Shown: one piece after another, positions 1-10,926 of the stretch
Layout: the number at the start of each line of letters is the position of its first letter
How positions within the stretch are numbered: the first letter of the stretch is position 1
Assembly: GCA_022813865.1 (NCBI GenBank)
Contig: JALDZX010000008.1
Coordinates: 372,001 to 436,000 of the forward strand
Reading direction: 5' to 3'
DNA: 64,000 bases
Origin: Xylographa opegraphella
Taxonomy: Eukaryota
Notes under the pieces: model-generated
Told to the model about the DNA's origin: nothing
What the model saw: only the letters and a program-made list of their open reading frames with translations
Database searches by the model: none
Program-made: the position numbers and the translations under genes

Positions 1-262
1 GAGTTAGCTACCCGTAAGATAATCACCATATAGAAAGAGCATTCAACGCATAAATGCTTTCCACGTCGGGAAGACCGTCAGGCAAAGGAACGCGTACCAG
101 TATGAACGTCCACGGCACGTAGTACAACTCGATACTCAAATGATGGATGAAGAACCCCAAGATGCTGGTCACGATAATCGAGCTCAGTACCTGCCCGACC
201 CGCACTCCGTGGAAGACGGTTGACGGGTACGGCGACGGCTGCTTCGAAAACATCCTTGCCAT
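1..262 (-). CDS. 5' part of a membrane protein (MARVEL-like fungal family), running off the window start
   Basis: ATG at 262. Two hydrophobic segments (GQVLSSIIVTSILGFFIHHL; VPWTFIL), then a GTACGC donor at ~97. Confidence 0.5.
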
Positions 263-630
263 GAGGCCTGCTTTATCTTGGAATCACCGGGCGGGACGTA
301 TTCACAGTCCCTGGTATCGTGGAGTATGCACTTGATCAGTCAACGAGCGACGACGGCGAGAGAACGACTGAACGATTGATGGACTGTGGTTCAGAAATAC
401 GGACGAAGTAGTGTGGAGTACTTGTGCGGCGCAGCAGCCAGGGGAAGCCCGCTGCTGAAACCGGGCTTGATTAGGTGACAGTAGCTGCCTCCGGCCGGGA
501 CGTGCAGAATGGAGATTGGCTGACGGAATCGCTTAAATGGGGCTCGCTGATCAGTTGGGGGCAGGCGTGGCTGACAAACAGGTGGAGAAGGTCCCCGGGG
601 CTTTAGGGGCTTCGGTTGAGAGGTGCGGTT

Positions 631-2145
631 TCAGGACCTTACAGGGCGGGCTTGAGGTTCAAAACACTGTCTCACAAGCCCCTTTAGAGAATGCTCCTGA
701 TCCCATACCGCTTTGCTTCTATATCCGCACCAAGAGTTCTCCTTGCCGCACACTGATCTAATGGTAGCGCACCTGAATATATACGCCGCAACTATCGTTC
801 CTGACCGTAAATTATGCTTTCCAGATCCGGAGCCGGAGAATCCCCTACCCCGACATTTTCCCACTTCAAGACCTCCTTTATATGCAGTATTCCAAGACCG
901 TCGAACCACTCCACGTTCATCTGGCTCGAATACTTCGCTGGATCGCTTCCGATCCCACGACTGGTCGATCTTACGATGGTAGGTCTGTCTTATCCCGATG
1001 ATTCGGGGGCACCAGAGGAGTTTCCTCCTGCGACTGCCTCGGTAAAAGTCCCAGAAGCGCTGGGATGAAAGAAGACCGATCTGTCTCATGGCCACAACGT
1101 ACAGCGTTCGAGAGCCTTTGGGTAGCCGTTTGGCGCCCCATGAAAACTCCGTCCCGGCGTCCCAATGGGGCCATTTGACGGAGAGGAGCGGTGCCATGGC
1201 GGAGAGGTCTTTACCCCATAGAAGGGTAGCGCCGTATACTTCGGTTTCCCACGCCCGGCCCAGCTCGGCCACGCGTTGGCCGCACCAGAAGGCATTCCAT
1301 GGGGGTTGGTCCCGCGTTGCCCTTTCAACGACATGGGCCATCTCGTGGCCAAGCACATTAGCCATCTTGAACTCGATGCGCAATGTCGCGCTGATGACGC
1401 TTGGCGTCTGTGGTAACTGTCGAAGGCGCCGAAGCGGCTTCCAGAAGATGGTCTCGTGCATGACGACGTCGCAACCATGGCCCACCACGACTCTTGAGTT
1501 CTTAGTGGTAAATTGGAGGCGTCGGTGCTTCTGATAAATTGTGTAGCCTTCAGCAGATCTGTTGTCGGAGAACCTCAGCTCTAATTGCTTGGCCATTATA
1601 TCAAGTGCTGTAGCATACTCTGTTCGAACATCTTTGATAGACTGATCTGGCACCTGGTAGGGGTTGGTTTTGAGAATTTTTGGATAAAATTTCTCCCAGT
1701 ACTTGTCAATGGTGAACTCTCGGTCAGAATTGATCAGAGAATAAAAGAACACGAAGCTGGCTTCAGAGTCGAGGAATGCGGAAGTGGGCCGCAGAGCAGG
1801 TTTGATGATTTCCCAGTCTTCGTCTTCCAGGTCCTTCTATCTTTCGCGTTTGAGTACAGTATGGATTTCATATGTCATGTCATTAGGGGCTGGGTTATCC
1901 AGATCCCAGTAGCCACATCTTTTAAGCTCCTTTACCGTCATCTTCTTTACCTTGGTATTTCGTAAATCTACCAGGGTACCGAAATTGGATGAATCACTAC
2001 TTTTGTCGCTGACGCCACTTGCATCTTTCGAACCGTTTTCTGGAATATCACTATCTTTCTGTGATTCTGATTTTCCTGATGAGTTTATATTCTCTAGTGA
2101 TGTCTTTTCTCCCGAAGTTTCAGGCCTCTGCTCACGCGAAAACAT
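631..2145 (-). pseudogene. HExxH (zincin-like) hypothetical protein interrupted by a single in-frame TAG
   Basis: ORFs 1837-2145 and 631-1752 are in the same frame, joined by 28 open codons (…KRER*KDLEDEDWEIIKPALR…). Motif VLGHEMAH is followed by ELGRAWETEVYG. Confidence 0.6.
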
Positions 2146-2349
2146 TGCTGGGCTTATATCTGCGTTCCAAAGCCGTATGAAGTGCTACATATTTCTCGAA
2201 CATTGCAATACGAAACACTACTGTTACCAAGCAGTTTCGCCATCTGTTGAACGGCTACACGAACTCCATTAAAGTACGCTTTCGTCATTCTTAAGGACTC
2301 CGTGCTTCAATCTGCAAGCGCAGCTCCTCATTCCACCTTCCGCCAAGCC

Positions 2350-3147
2350 TCACGATCCGAAACTGGCGAACCAGATCTTGTCTAGCGACATTGCAGGCTC
2401 GAAGAGTAACCCAAGCTCCGCAAACGGCCACCAGCGTCGATCTTGAGCCCCATCGGTGTATACTGAGGATCTTCTGGACCCCAAACCGGATAGCCAATGA
2501 TGAAGAAGTACTCGCCGGTTACATGATGTATTTCGACCTCGAAATCGAGAGATGAACGCCGAATATTTACCCTTTAGTGTTTCTGTTCGATCACATATCC
2601 GACAATACCTATCATGTCGCATTATCAAATTGTCGTCCGTGGAGGTCCGGTTAGCGGTAGATGCCTCACACTCCGCACCACGTCTCTCGGGGTGGTCCCG
2701 TCCTGCCCATATGATATGTCGTGGCGTGGCACGCCGGCTGGAAGAGAAAGCGCATCTTGTACCATTACGTGGCGTTTCCAATAACCATCCGCCAGCACGA
2801 TTCCTCTCTGTTAAGCTCGCTGATGGGAGTGGTCCACTGCACATTTGGGTAATTCTCCTTGTCCTCCGCAATAATTGCCATGGCCACCACTGTGGGGGAT
2901 TTGATTGTGGAGGCTGTGAAGAACAAAGTCTCTGGTGTGAGGGGCTCATCGGGCAATCTTGCCATTGTGTACCCGAGTACCGACATAAGTAAGATTGCAC
3001 AGCAAATGTGATCAAGGCTTGAAACATGCGAACCCGAGCAAAGATGAGATTGTCATTGAGGACCATAATAGCGATATTAGGAACTTTGTAATGATGAGGT
3101 ATGTTCATAGCTAAGAGCTGCTTCAGCGTATCCGCGTTTCCTGTCAA
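2350..3147 (-). pseudogene. Relic of a fungal serine beta-lactamase/penicillin-binding family gene with a C-terminal DUF3471-like part, internally deleted and frameshifted
   Basis: Fragments in different frames: HYKVPNIAIMVL; GY..ARLPDEPLTPETLFFTASTIKS (SxxK); DKENYPNVQWTTPISEL; then directly C-terminal-like EIHHVTGEYF and ELGLLFEPAMSLDKIWF. Confidence 0.65.
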
Positions 3148-3294
3148 ACTTGCATCAGTTTTAGCAGCAACACCTTATCACCGGTTTCCGGCTCGAAAAG
3201 CAGCGCGAACTCGAATTAGTGAACAAAGCTCGAATTACATATTTTCGACGAGCTGGTACCTTCAAAGGTCTCCGAAGCATATCTAAACCACGTC

Positions 3295-4737
3295 CTATTC
3301 TAAAAACCCCCAAAGATTATTCAAACTCTCCGCCAGACTCGGATGTGCCCAGACGGCGTCTCTCAGTTTCTGCCACGGCACATTCCCCATCATTGCCATC
3401 TGCACCACACTCATCAGCTCACCGCCTTCTAGGCCTAAGCACGTGAAACCTAAAATCTCTCCTGTTTCCCCATCCACAACAGCCTTCATCAGTCCTCTGC
3501 TCTCGTCCGTTTCGAGTGCTCGCGCCACATATGCCATTGGCATATTCGCCGTCTGGATCTTTCGCTGTGGGAACTGGTTTCGGGCTTCGTATTCGTGCAG
3601 TCCTACGTGACCCATTTGAGGATCGGTATAGCAGACATAGGGGACGATTCGGCCATTAGTTGTAAGAGTGGGTCGGTGAGGCTCGAGCAGGTTCCGCTGA
3701 ATGATCCGGAAGTCGTCGTAAGATATATGCGTGAATGCTGGAGGACCCTTCACGTCACCTAAAGCCCAGATGCCAGGGACCGAGGTTTCAAGTTGACCGT
3801 TAACCTCGATGTGGGAGCTAGGGTTCATGGAAACACCGGCAGCTTGAAGATTCAGCATATCAGTGTTGGGCCTGCGTCCTGCTGCAAACAGAATATGCGA
3901 TCCGGAAACTGACTGCTCTGTCCCATCAGATGAACGAATATTGAGACACATTAGATCGCTGTCAGCTGGTGGTGGACTTATAGAAACTGCTGTTGTAGAG
4001 AGGTGAAACTTGATATCGTCCTCACGAAGTATACCCAGCATTGAGGCAGCTATATCTGGATCTTCGCGTGCAAGAAGCTGTGATGACCGCTGCACAATTG
4101 TTACTTGGGAACCTAGACGGCGAAATAGCTGTCCAAACTCAAGACCGATATAGCCACCTCCGAGAACTAGCAGACTCAGGGGAACCTCGTCAAGCTCTTG
4201 TATCATGGTAGAATCAAGCTGACGTTCAGCAGGGATGCTCTCTAAGCCAGCAAGTTTAGGGATTAACGGTCGTTCCCCAGTATTAATGAATATGTGTTCT
4301 GCAGCAACAGTACGCACGGAGCCATCGCTCATCTTTACACTTAATTCCTTCCTATTCGTGAATCGTGCTTCACCCATCAATACCTCGATACCAGCAGATC
4401 GAATACGTGTCTCGCTTCCGCCGCGGAAGCTATCCACAATGTCTCTTTTGCGTTGGCGGATTCTCTTCATGTCAGTGACGATCAGACCGTCCTGAGCCCC
4501 AGAACTATGGATTCCGTATTCAGCAGCCCGTCGAGTGTGATAAGCCACTTTACCGCTGGCTATCATTGTCTTCGTAGGCGTGCACCCCTCATTCACGCAG
4601 CAGCCCCCGATATGAGATTGTTCAATGAGAGCTGTTCGTTTGCCTGCCTTGGCAAAGGCACTTGCTAAAGGAGTACCTCCCTGGCCTGAGCCTATGACTA
4701 TGCAGTCATATTTATCAGTCCCGCTTGCGGATGCCAT
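3295..4737 (-). CDS. Class-I pyridine nucleotide-disulfide oxidoreductase, bacterial MerA/RclA(YkgC)-like, 480 aa, intronless
   Basis: FAD motif IGSGQGG; redox disulfide GGCCVNEGCTPTK; NAD(P)H motif LGGGYIGLE; ALGDVKG; C-terminal HPSLAE. Confidence 0.9.
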   Translation of the reverse strand: MASASGTDKYDCIVIGSGQGGTPLASAFAKAGKRTALIEQSHIGGCCVNEGCTPTKTMIASGKVAYHTRRAAEYGIHSSGAQDGLIVTDMKRIRQRKRDIVDSFRGGSETRIRSAGIEVLMGEARFTNRKELSVKMSDGSVRTVAAEHIFINTGERPLIPKLAGLESIPAERQLDSTMIQELDEVPLSLLVLGGGYIGLEFGQLFRRLGSQVTIVQRSSQLLAREDPDIAASMLGILREDDIKFHLSTTAVSISPPPADSDLMCLNIRSSDGTEQSVSGSHILFAAGRRPNTDMLNLQAAGVSMNPSSHIEVNGQLETSVPGIWALGDVKGPPAFTHISYDDFRIIQRNLLEPHRPTLTTNGRIVPYVCYTDPQMGHVGLHEYEARNQFPQRKIQTANMPMAYVARALETDESRGLMKAVVDGETGEILGFTCLGLEGGELMSVVQMAMMGNVPWQKLRDAVWAHPSLAESLNNLWGFLE

Positions 4738-5837
4738 GCCGCGATATGTCTGTAGCTGTAACCTTTGGAGAACGTCGATACTTTGAGGGACTTGGTTTAC
4801 AGCTCGATATACTTTGGGCCAACCCTTTATGAATCAATTGCGGCCAAATGATAAAAGCAATCCGCTTCTCGAAAGCAGCGCAATAACGGATTGACAACAT
4901 TTTATAACATCGTCCTCAAAATAAACACTTATTAGTGAGCAACCTGCATGAAAGCCCCGCATGCCGTAAAAGAAAAGTCTTATCCGTGCTAAGGACCCTA
5001 CCTCCCTACCTATGTCTGTCCTCGAGATCAAGTAAGCCCCATGCTGAGGCCTTACCTAGACCGCGGCAGCTCATCGCGAGAACACACAATACTCCGTCTG
5101 ATAAGAAGACGGCTTCTTAGCAAATGTCCGACACGGTTTGGAAAACCTGGTTGTGTTTGTAAGTCTTTTGTCCTGCAATGCTCTCAAATGGGCGTTTTGC
5201 ATTGTGACTGCAATCGTAAATTACGCTGTTATGCACATAGTCACAAGGTCGATTGCTTACGGAGTGTCCCGTATGGGTTTACGGAGCTGAGCCACAACTA
5301 AATCTACGAGTGATTCAGGAACCTTAAGGCATTCTACCTTAGTTTCACTCGGTAAAATACGATAGCCTGGATCTTAGTGTATTTAGGTTCTTACGAACGG
5401 CTTTGGTTGTAAAACTCTGTATCGCTTACACCACTCCCAGAATTATCTCTGCTATTCTCTGAATATCTCATGTATGCGGAGCCGCACTGGACACTACTGA
5501 CAGAAAAGGTAAGTATGAAACTGTCATGGGTGCGGAGTATTGTGCAAGTATCTGCAAAGAGCTTCACCCTACTTCGTACAACCAATCATATTCCGCTGCA
5601 GCCACCAATATTGCACCAGTGGATGGGTGGAGAAATGTAGCCTCAGCCTTGCGTCGTTATAAATATACTGTCAATGATACATATGGAAACAACTTTGGCA
5701 AGTAAAGACTGCAGCGTTGGATCTTGAACCTTTGAATTCGTCGGTTTCGCGATCCAACTAGTGAAGTTGTTGCATCATCAGGTAGAACTCATGCTCTGAG
5801 TAGGGGTTCAACCCTAATCAAAACTGTTTGGCTCTTT

Positions 5838-8800
5838 ATGGAAGCCGTCATTGCAATCAGCTTGACTTTGAATATTGTGCGATTGGCAGAGCTCACTGCC
5901 CAGACTGGACATTATATAAACGCCGCAAGAAATGCCTCAAAAAGCCGGGCACGCTTGGCACGTGAAGCGGCTAGCCTTCTTTCACTGTTGACAGACTTGA
6001 GACACCGTCTAGAAGACGTGGATACCTCCAGTGATCCTTGGTTCCAAGGCGTTCGCTCGCTTGTTGTTCATCATGGACTTCTTGACTTGTTCAAAACGGA
6101 ATTGGAAGTGCTCGGAGAGAGGCTGGACCCTCAGACCGGTTGGAAGAAAGCAGGAAGCTTAATATTATGGCCCCTCAAGGAAAAGGACATCGATAGACTC
6201 TTGTCCCGGATTGAGCGACTGAAGAGCCTTGTCACTGTTGCTCTACAGCAGGATGGATTCTCGCTTATGATGGCAATCCGGAATCAGAATACGGAGCTTG
6301 CAACTAGTATCACTAGCATGACTAAAGAGTTAGGTGCGCTACAAAACGACAGTATTGAAAATGCTCTTGCGCTGGAACGACGCCATGTTATGGCCTGGCT
6401 CTCTCCATTGAGCTTTGCATTTCAACAAGACAATACTATAAGTATACGGCATGGGCATACTGGACGGTGGTTCTTCAAGACACAGCAATTTTAAGATTGG
6501 GTCCATAGAAAAAATACTGTTTTGTGGTGCAATGGCATTCCAGGTTCAGGAAAAACTGTTCTCACCTTGGCTGCTGTAACATATCTACAACATCAGTCTG
6601 CTTTAATACCAGAGGTGAGAGTCGGATATATATATCTCAATCATCAGCAGCATAGCAATCATACGGCGACAAATCTTATTGGATCACTGTTGCAACAGCT
6701 TATCCAAAGTGGAGGCCATGCTGTATCGAACGAGCTGATTGAATACTATGAGTCGCACAGTGATGCAGGAAGGCGGCCAAGACTGAGCGAATTATTTCGC
6801 CTGTTACAAGTGGAGGTTCGCCGGCTTGAAGTGTACTTTGTCATTCTTGATGCGTTCGACGAAGGCGAAGAGACGACTAAAATTACCCTCTTGACTCATC
6901 TAATGCGATTGCAACCAAAGATACGTCTCATGGTGACGTCTCGAGACAAGCCCATACCTACTTATGACCTTCAGTCCGTGTTCACTCTAGAAATTCGTGC
7001 TCGCGTTACGGATCTGCGATTGTATCTGGAATATCGCCTGAATGAGCGACCAATGGCCCGCCATATCGAAGGCGATCCGGTTTTGGAGGCATATATTATT
7101 GATTCCATAGTCGATAAGGCTAAAGGGATGTGAGTGCGGCCATAAGATTCAATCACAGATTCTATCACTTTTATTTGTGTTTCGATAAATTCAATTTCTA
7201 TATTCCTGTTCGCTGAACCAGAGACTTACAACAGGCATTTCGCGTTGCTATAGTCTATATCATTCAGCAGAACGTTTAATAGTTACTTGAGATTTGAGCA
7301 TTAACCCTAAATTTATGAAGTTGCCAACGTGATTACAAAATTCTTGTCGGTTCTTATTTGCCAAATTACAGGTAGATTCACTTGCAAAAATGTTTAATAA
7401 GAGAGACGTTAGACAGTCAGTAAGCATGTTGCCAGATAATTTGATACAGACATACAACGAAGCGATTTATAGAATTCGTTGTCAGGACCCGCCTCGAGTT
7501 CAGCTTGCAAGCAAGGTCTTGTTGTGGCTATCGTGTTCGTGGCGCCCACTTACCATTATGGAGCTCCGAAGCGCACTGCCAATCACACCAGGCATGCAAT
7601 ATTTAGACAGCGAAGCTTTACCTTATGAAGATAACCTGGTGGCGGTCTGTATGGGCTTAACGTCCATCGAGCGAGGAAGTGGAATCATCGCTCTGGTCCA
7701 TGAAACCACTCAGAAGTACTTCGAATACTTTCGGCGCGTACTATTTCCTGATGCGGACGAGGAGATTTCCAGAACTTGCTTGGAATACATGTTACTTGTA
7801 GACAGAACAACTGCTTTTCGTGTGTTCGCTCACGGATACGAAGGCGAGATAGAAGAATTTCCGCTGCTGCAATATGCCGTACAGTTTTGGGCGCGACATG
7901 CTTTCAAGGTCGAGGATTTGAGTCTAGAGCCTCTCATTAATCATTTTATACAACAAGAGACAAGTTTCTTTTTACTCTTGATGCAGATGACTAACGGAAT
8001 GGAGCTGTCCGTATCGTTGAGCGCCATGCACGCAACTGCTGGTGACAGCTGGTTCGATCCACTTCTTATTGCATGTGGTTACGGTCTTCAAGAGGTAGTG
8101 GAATCCATGATTTTGTCAGGGATGGACCCGAACGGGTCAGCCAGAATGTCCATCAAGCCATTGCATTTGGCAGTCTGTAACGGACATATCGAAATCGCAC
8201 AGTTTCTCGTCTCTTCTGGAGTCGATGTGGATTCCAAAGGAACCGGAGGTGATCGGCCAATAGCCTTAGCTGTCAAGAAGGGGCTTTAAGCATCGTGAAA
8301 ATATTGATCGACAGCGGTGCAAGGCTAGATGCACGAGGCGAGGGTCCATGGTGCTCGATCTTCGAGCTTGCTATCCTCCATCAGCACGAATCCATCGTGG
8401 AGCTGTTGCTAGAGAGAGGAGTTCACATTGAGACAAAAGATTATTTAGAAAGAACTGCTCTTAGTTGTGCCACATCTATTGGCAATACGGCCATCGTTCA
8501 GCGGTTACTTGATCATGGTGCTGATATTAATGCAAGAAATCCTACAGGAATGACAGCTCTACACATAGCTGCAGATACAGGTGTTCGAGCGGTGGCAGAA
8601 TCTTTGCTCGACTATAGGGCTAAAGAAGCAAAGATCGACATTCTCTTGGCCAAAGACGACAGTGGGAGAATGCCGTTGCACTACGCATCATCCAGCGAAG
8701 TTGCAAAACTCTTTGTGGTCAGGGGAGCAGAGATCAATGCAAGACACTTTTACGGCGCTACACCACTGTTGGAGGCTGCACGTTCAAACGTGGAAAATGT

Positions 8801-9279
8801 TATTTTGGCACTAGTCGACAAGTATGGGGCACCAATAACACAGGAGATCCTGAGAGGGACGGACGTGAATGCCAAAGATAATTCAGGAAGCACTCCCCTG
8901 CATCTGGCCGTCCGAAGATGGATTATGACGCCTCAGGTACACCGTCAGTCAACCAGACTGCTACTGAGGAAAGGAGCGAACGTCAACGAACAAGACGGTG
9001 ATGGAAACACACCGCTACACTTGGCGTCTTCTGGTGGATTTTCTCAAGGCAGTCCAACTGCTGATCGAATTCCGTGTCGACTCGCGCATCAGGAACCACC
9101 AAGGCTACACGGCTCTACAACTCGCAACAAAAAATGTGGGATACCCTTCAGCCACTCAGTTACTTGCCACGCAAGCCCATTACAGTGCGACTTCCAGCTA
9201 CGATACTGCTGATGATGGATGTGATACGGAGCGGGAGAAAGTGATCGAGCTTCTAAGAAGGCACAGAGGCACAAAGTGA
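5838..9279 (+). pseudogene. Fungal NLR-like STAND gene (HeLo-like N-terminus, NACHT/P-loop, ankyrin repeats), disrupted
   Basis: Walker A GIPGSGKT; Walker B ILDAFDE; LVHETTQKYF; about 9-10 ankyrin repeats (KPLHLA, TALHIA, TPLHLA). In-frame TAA at 6492-6494, frameshifts at ~8285 and ~9040, and the intron starting at 7130 ends in CG (7348-7349) instead of AG. Confidence 0.85.
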
Positions 9280-10534
9280 TCTCTGATGGATTGTTCCTCA
9301 CGAGGAGTTCCAGGTCATTTGCCAAATTATCCAAATTCTTCTCTTGATGGATGATTCAGGGACTCCGGGCCTGAGGCACAAACTCGACCTTCTCCATGCC
9401 AGCCTATCTGCAAGGTTTCCCGAAGCCCGCTTGAGGAACATCAAATACTAGGAGATGAATAAGATGCCGAGCAGACTTCAGCCGCACTTATAGCATACGT
9501 AGCTATCAAAATCAATGGCAGACTGTACGAGCGGATCCGTTGAGAGTTGCTAGCTATTACTCCAATTGCCGAACGTACTCTTCGCAATCGCATATATTGA
9601 CCAGGCATGGCGAAAGTGTGTGTCATGCAGTCATCCGAGCCAAAACCACCTGCTGACATACGGAGTTTGCCCAAGTGATTCAGATATTGCGCATCAAGTG
9701 GAGATGAGATCCCATGTGATGACCGTGTAGCTGTTGGCAGCAAAAACAACTGGACACTGCCTACTCTATAAGATCAGAAGCGTACTCCACGTCAGGTGGC
9801 CTGGGCTCTCCTAGATGGCAATCCCATGCGAACGGCTGCTTAGGCTGGTTGAAAGCAAGCAGGGAGGTTAGTATTATTGTCCTTCAAACATAGGGACACC
9901 GGGGTCACTCTTCGCCCGGATTGAGCGGCCGAGGAGACTTGTCACTGTTGTTGCCTCAGTGCAAATACACTTATATATATGATCAATTCGATTGAGGAGA
10001 GATATTGTTACACCGCCGTCTTATTGTATGGACGACATGAATAGAGGAGACACCCATATAGAGTGCGGAAACTAGCGCTTCCCCAATACGTGCCTCTCCT
10101 GCAGACGCGAAATGAATAGCCATCGAGTCTGTGGTGTTAAGCGTTGTTTTCGAGTCATCACTATACCGTATCATCAATAGCGACGTCCATGTCAGACGTT
10201 CGATCTGCGAAGTCAATTACCTGGATTATTATGCAGCCTTCCCTGCATCACATTTTATTATGCAGCCCTTTCTCCGACACAATGTGATATACAGCAATAG
10301 CGTTCCAATCATCCATTCTTCTAAACACATACCCCTATTATGGACCATTAACACCTTCTGTGATTAGATTATTTTGGGCCGACCCTAATACCCCCGACGC
10401 CAATTGTGAAGCCGTAGGATAATCTCGTTTTCATTGAGCTAACTGAATGTGCCAAAACACTTCGACCAACCTATTGTGTTATTGAGCTGTGTGTTAGCTG
10501 AGAGCGTAGTCCTCTGCCTATATCTTCCCTTAAC

Positions 10535-10790
10535 TCTTCTTCCTCCAGACAACTTCTCTTCCTCCAGACAACTCTTCTTCCAGACAACTCTCCATCTACA
10601 CCTCTAGACATCTCTTCATCCACATCTCTACATCCAAACAACTCTTCATTCAAACACCACTTCATCTAGACACCTTCACCCACCTCTTCATTCAGACAAC
10701 TCTACTTCACCCAGACACCTCTTCTTGACTCCCGACAACACTTCTTGACTCCTTGACACAACTCTTCTTGACATCTTTGAGTAGCAGTCC
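10535..10790. repeat. Degenerate ~15-20 bp pyrimidine-rich minisatellite (core CCAGACAACTCTTC)
   Basis: More than 10 variants of ccagacaactcttc / tagacatctcttc / cagacacctcttc in tandem; G-poor + strand. Confidence 0.8.
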
Positions 10791-10926
10791 TTGACAGCCT
10801 CGAACCAGCCTCTCATCACCACAGAACCGCTTAGTGCATATTGCTGCGCACTTGGAATCTATCCCTCATCCAGACGATAAAGCTGCCCTCTTACTTCATC
10901 ATTACCAATTCCAAATACCAGACAAC

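Noticed and set aside
1837..6494. RIP as the cause of the nonsense codons (TGG>TAG, CAA>TAA fit CpA>TpA)
   Set aside because: There are only isolated events, and the surrounding DNA is not AT-rich or TpA-enriched by eye.
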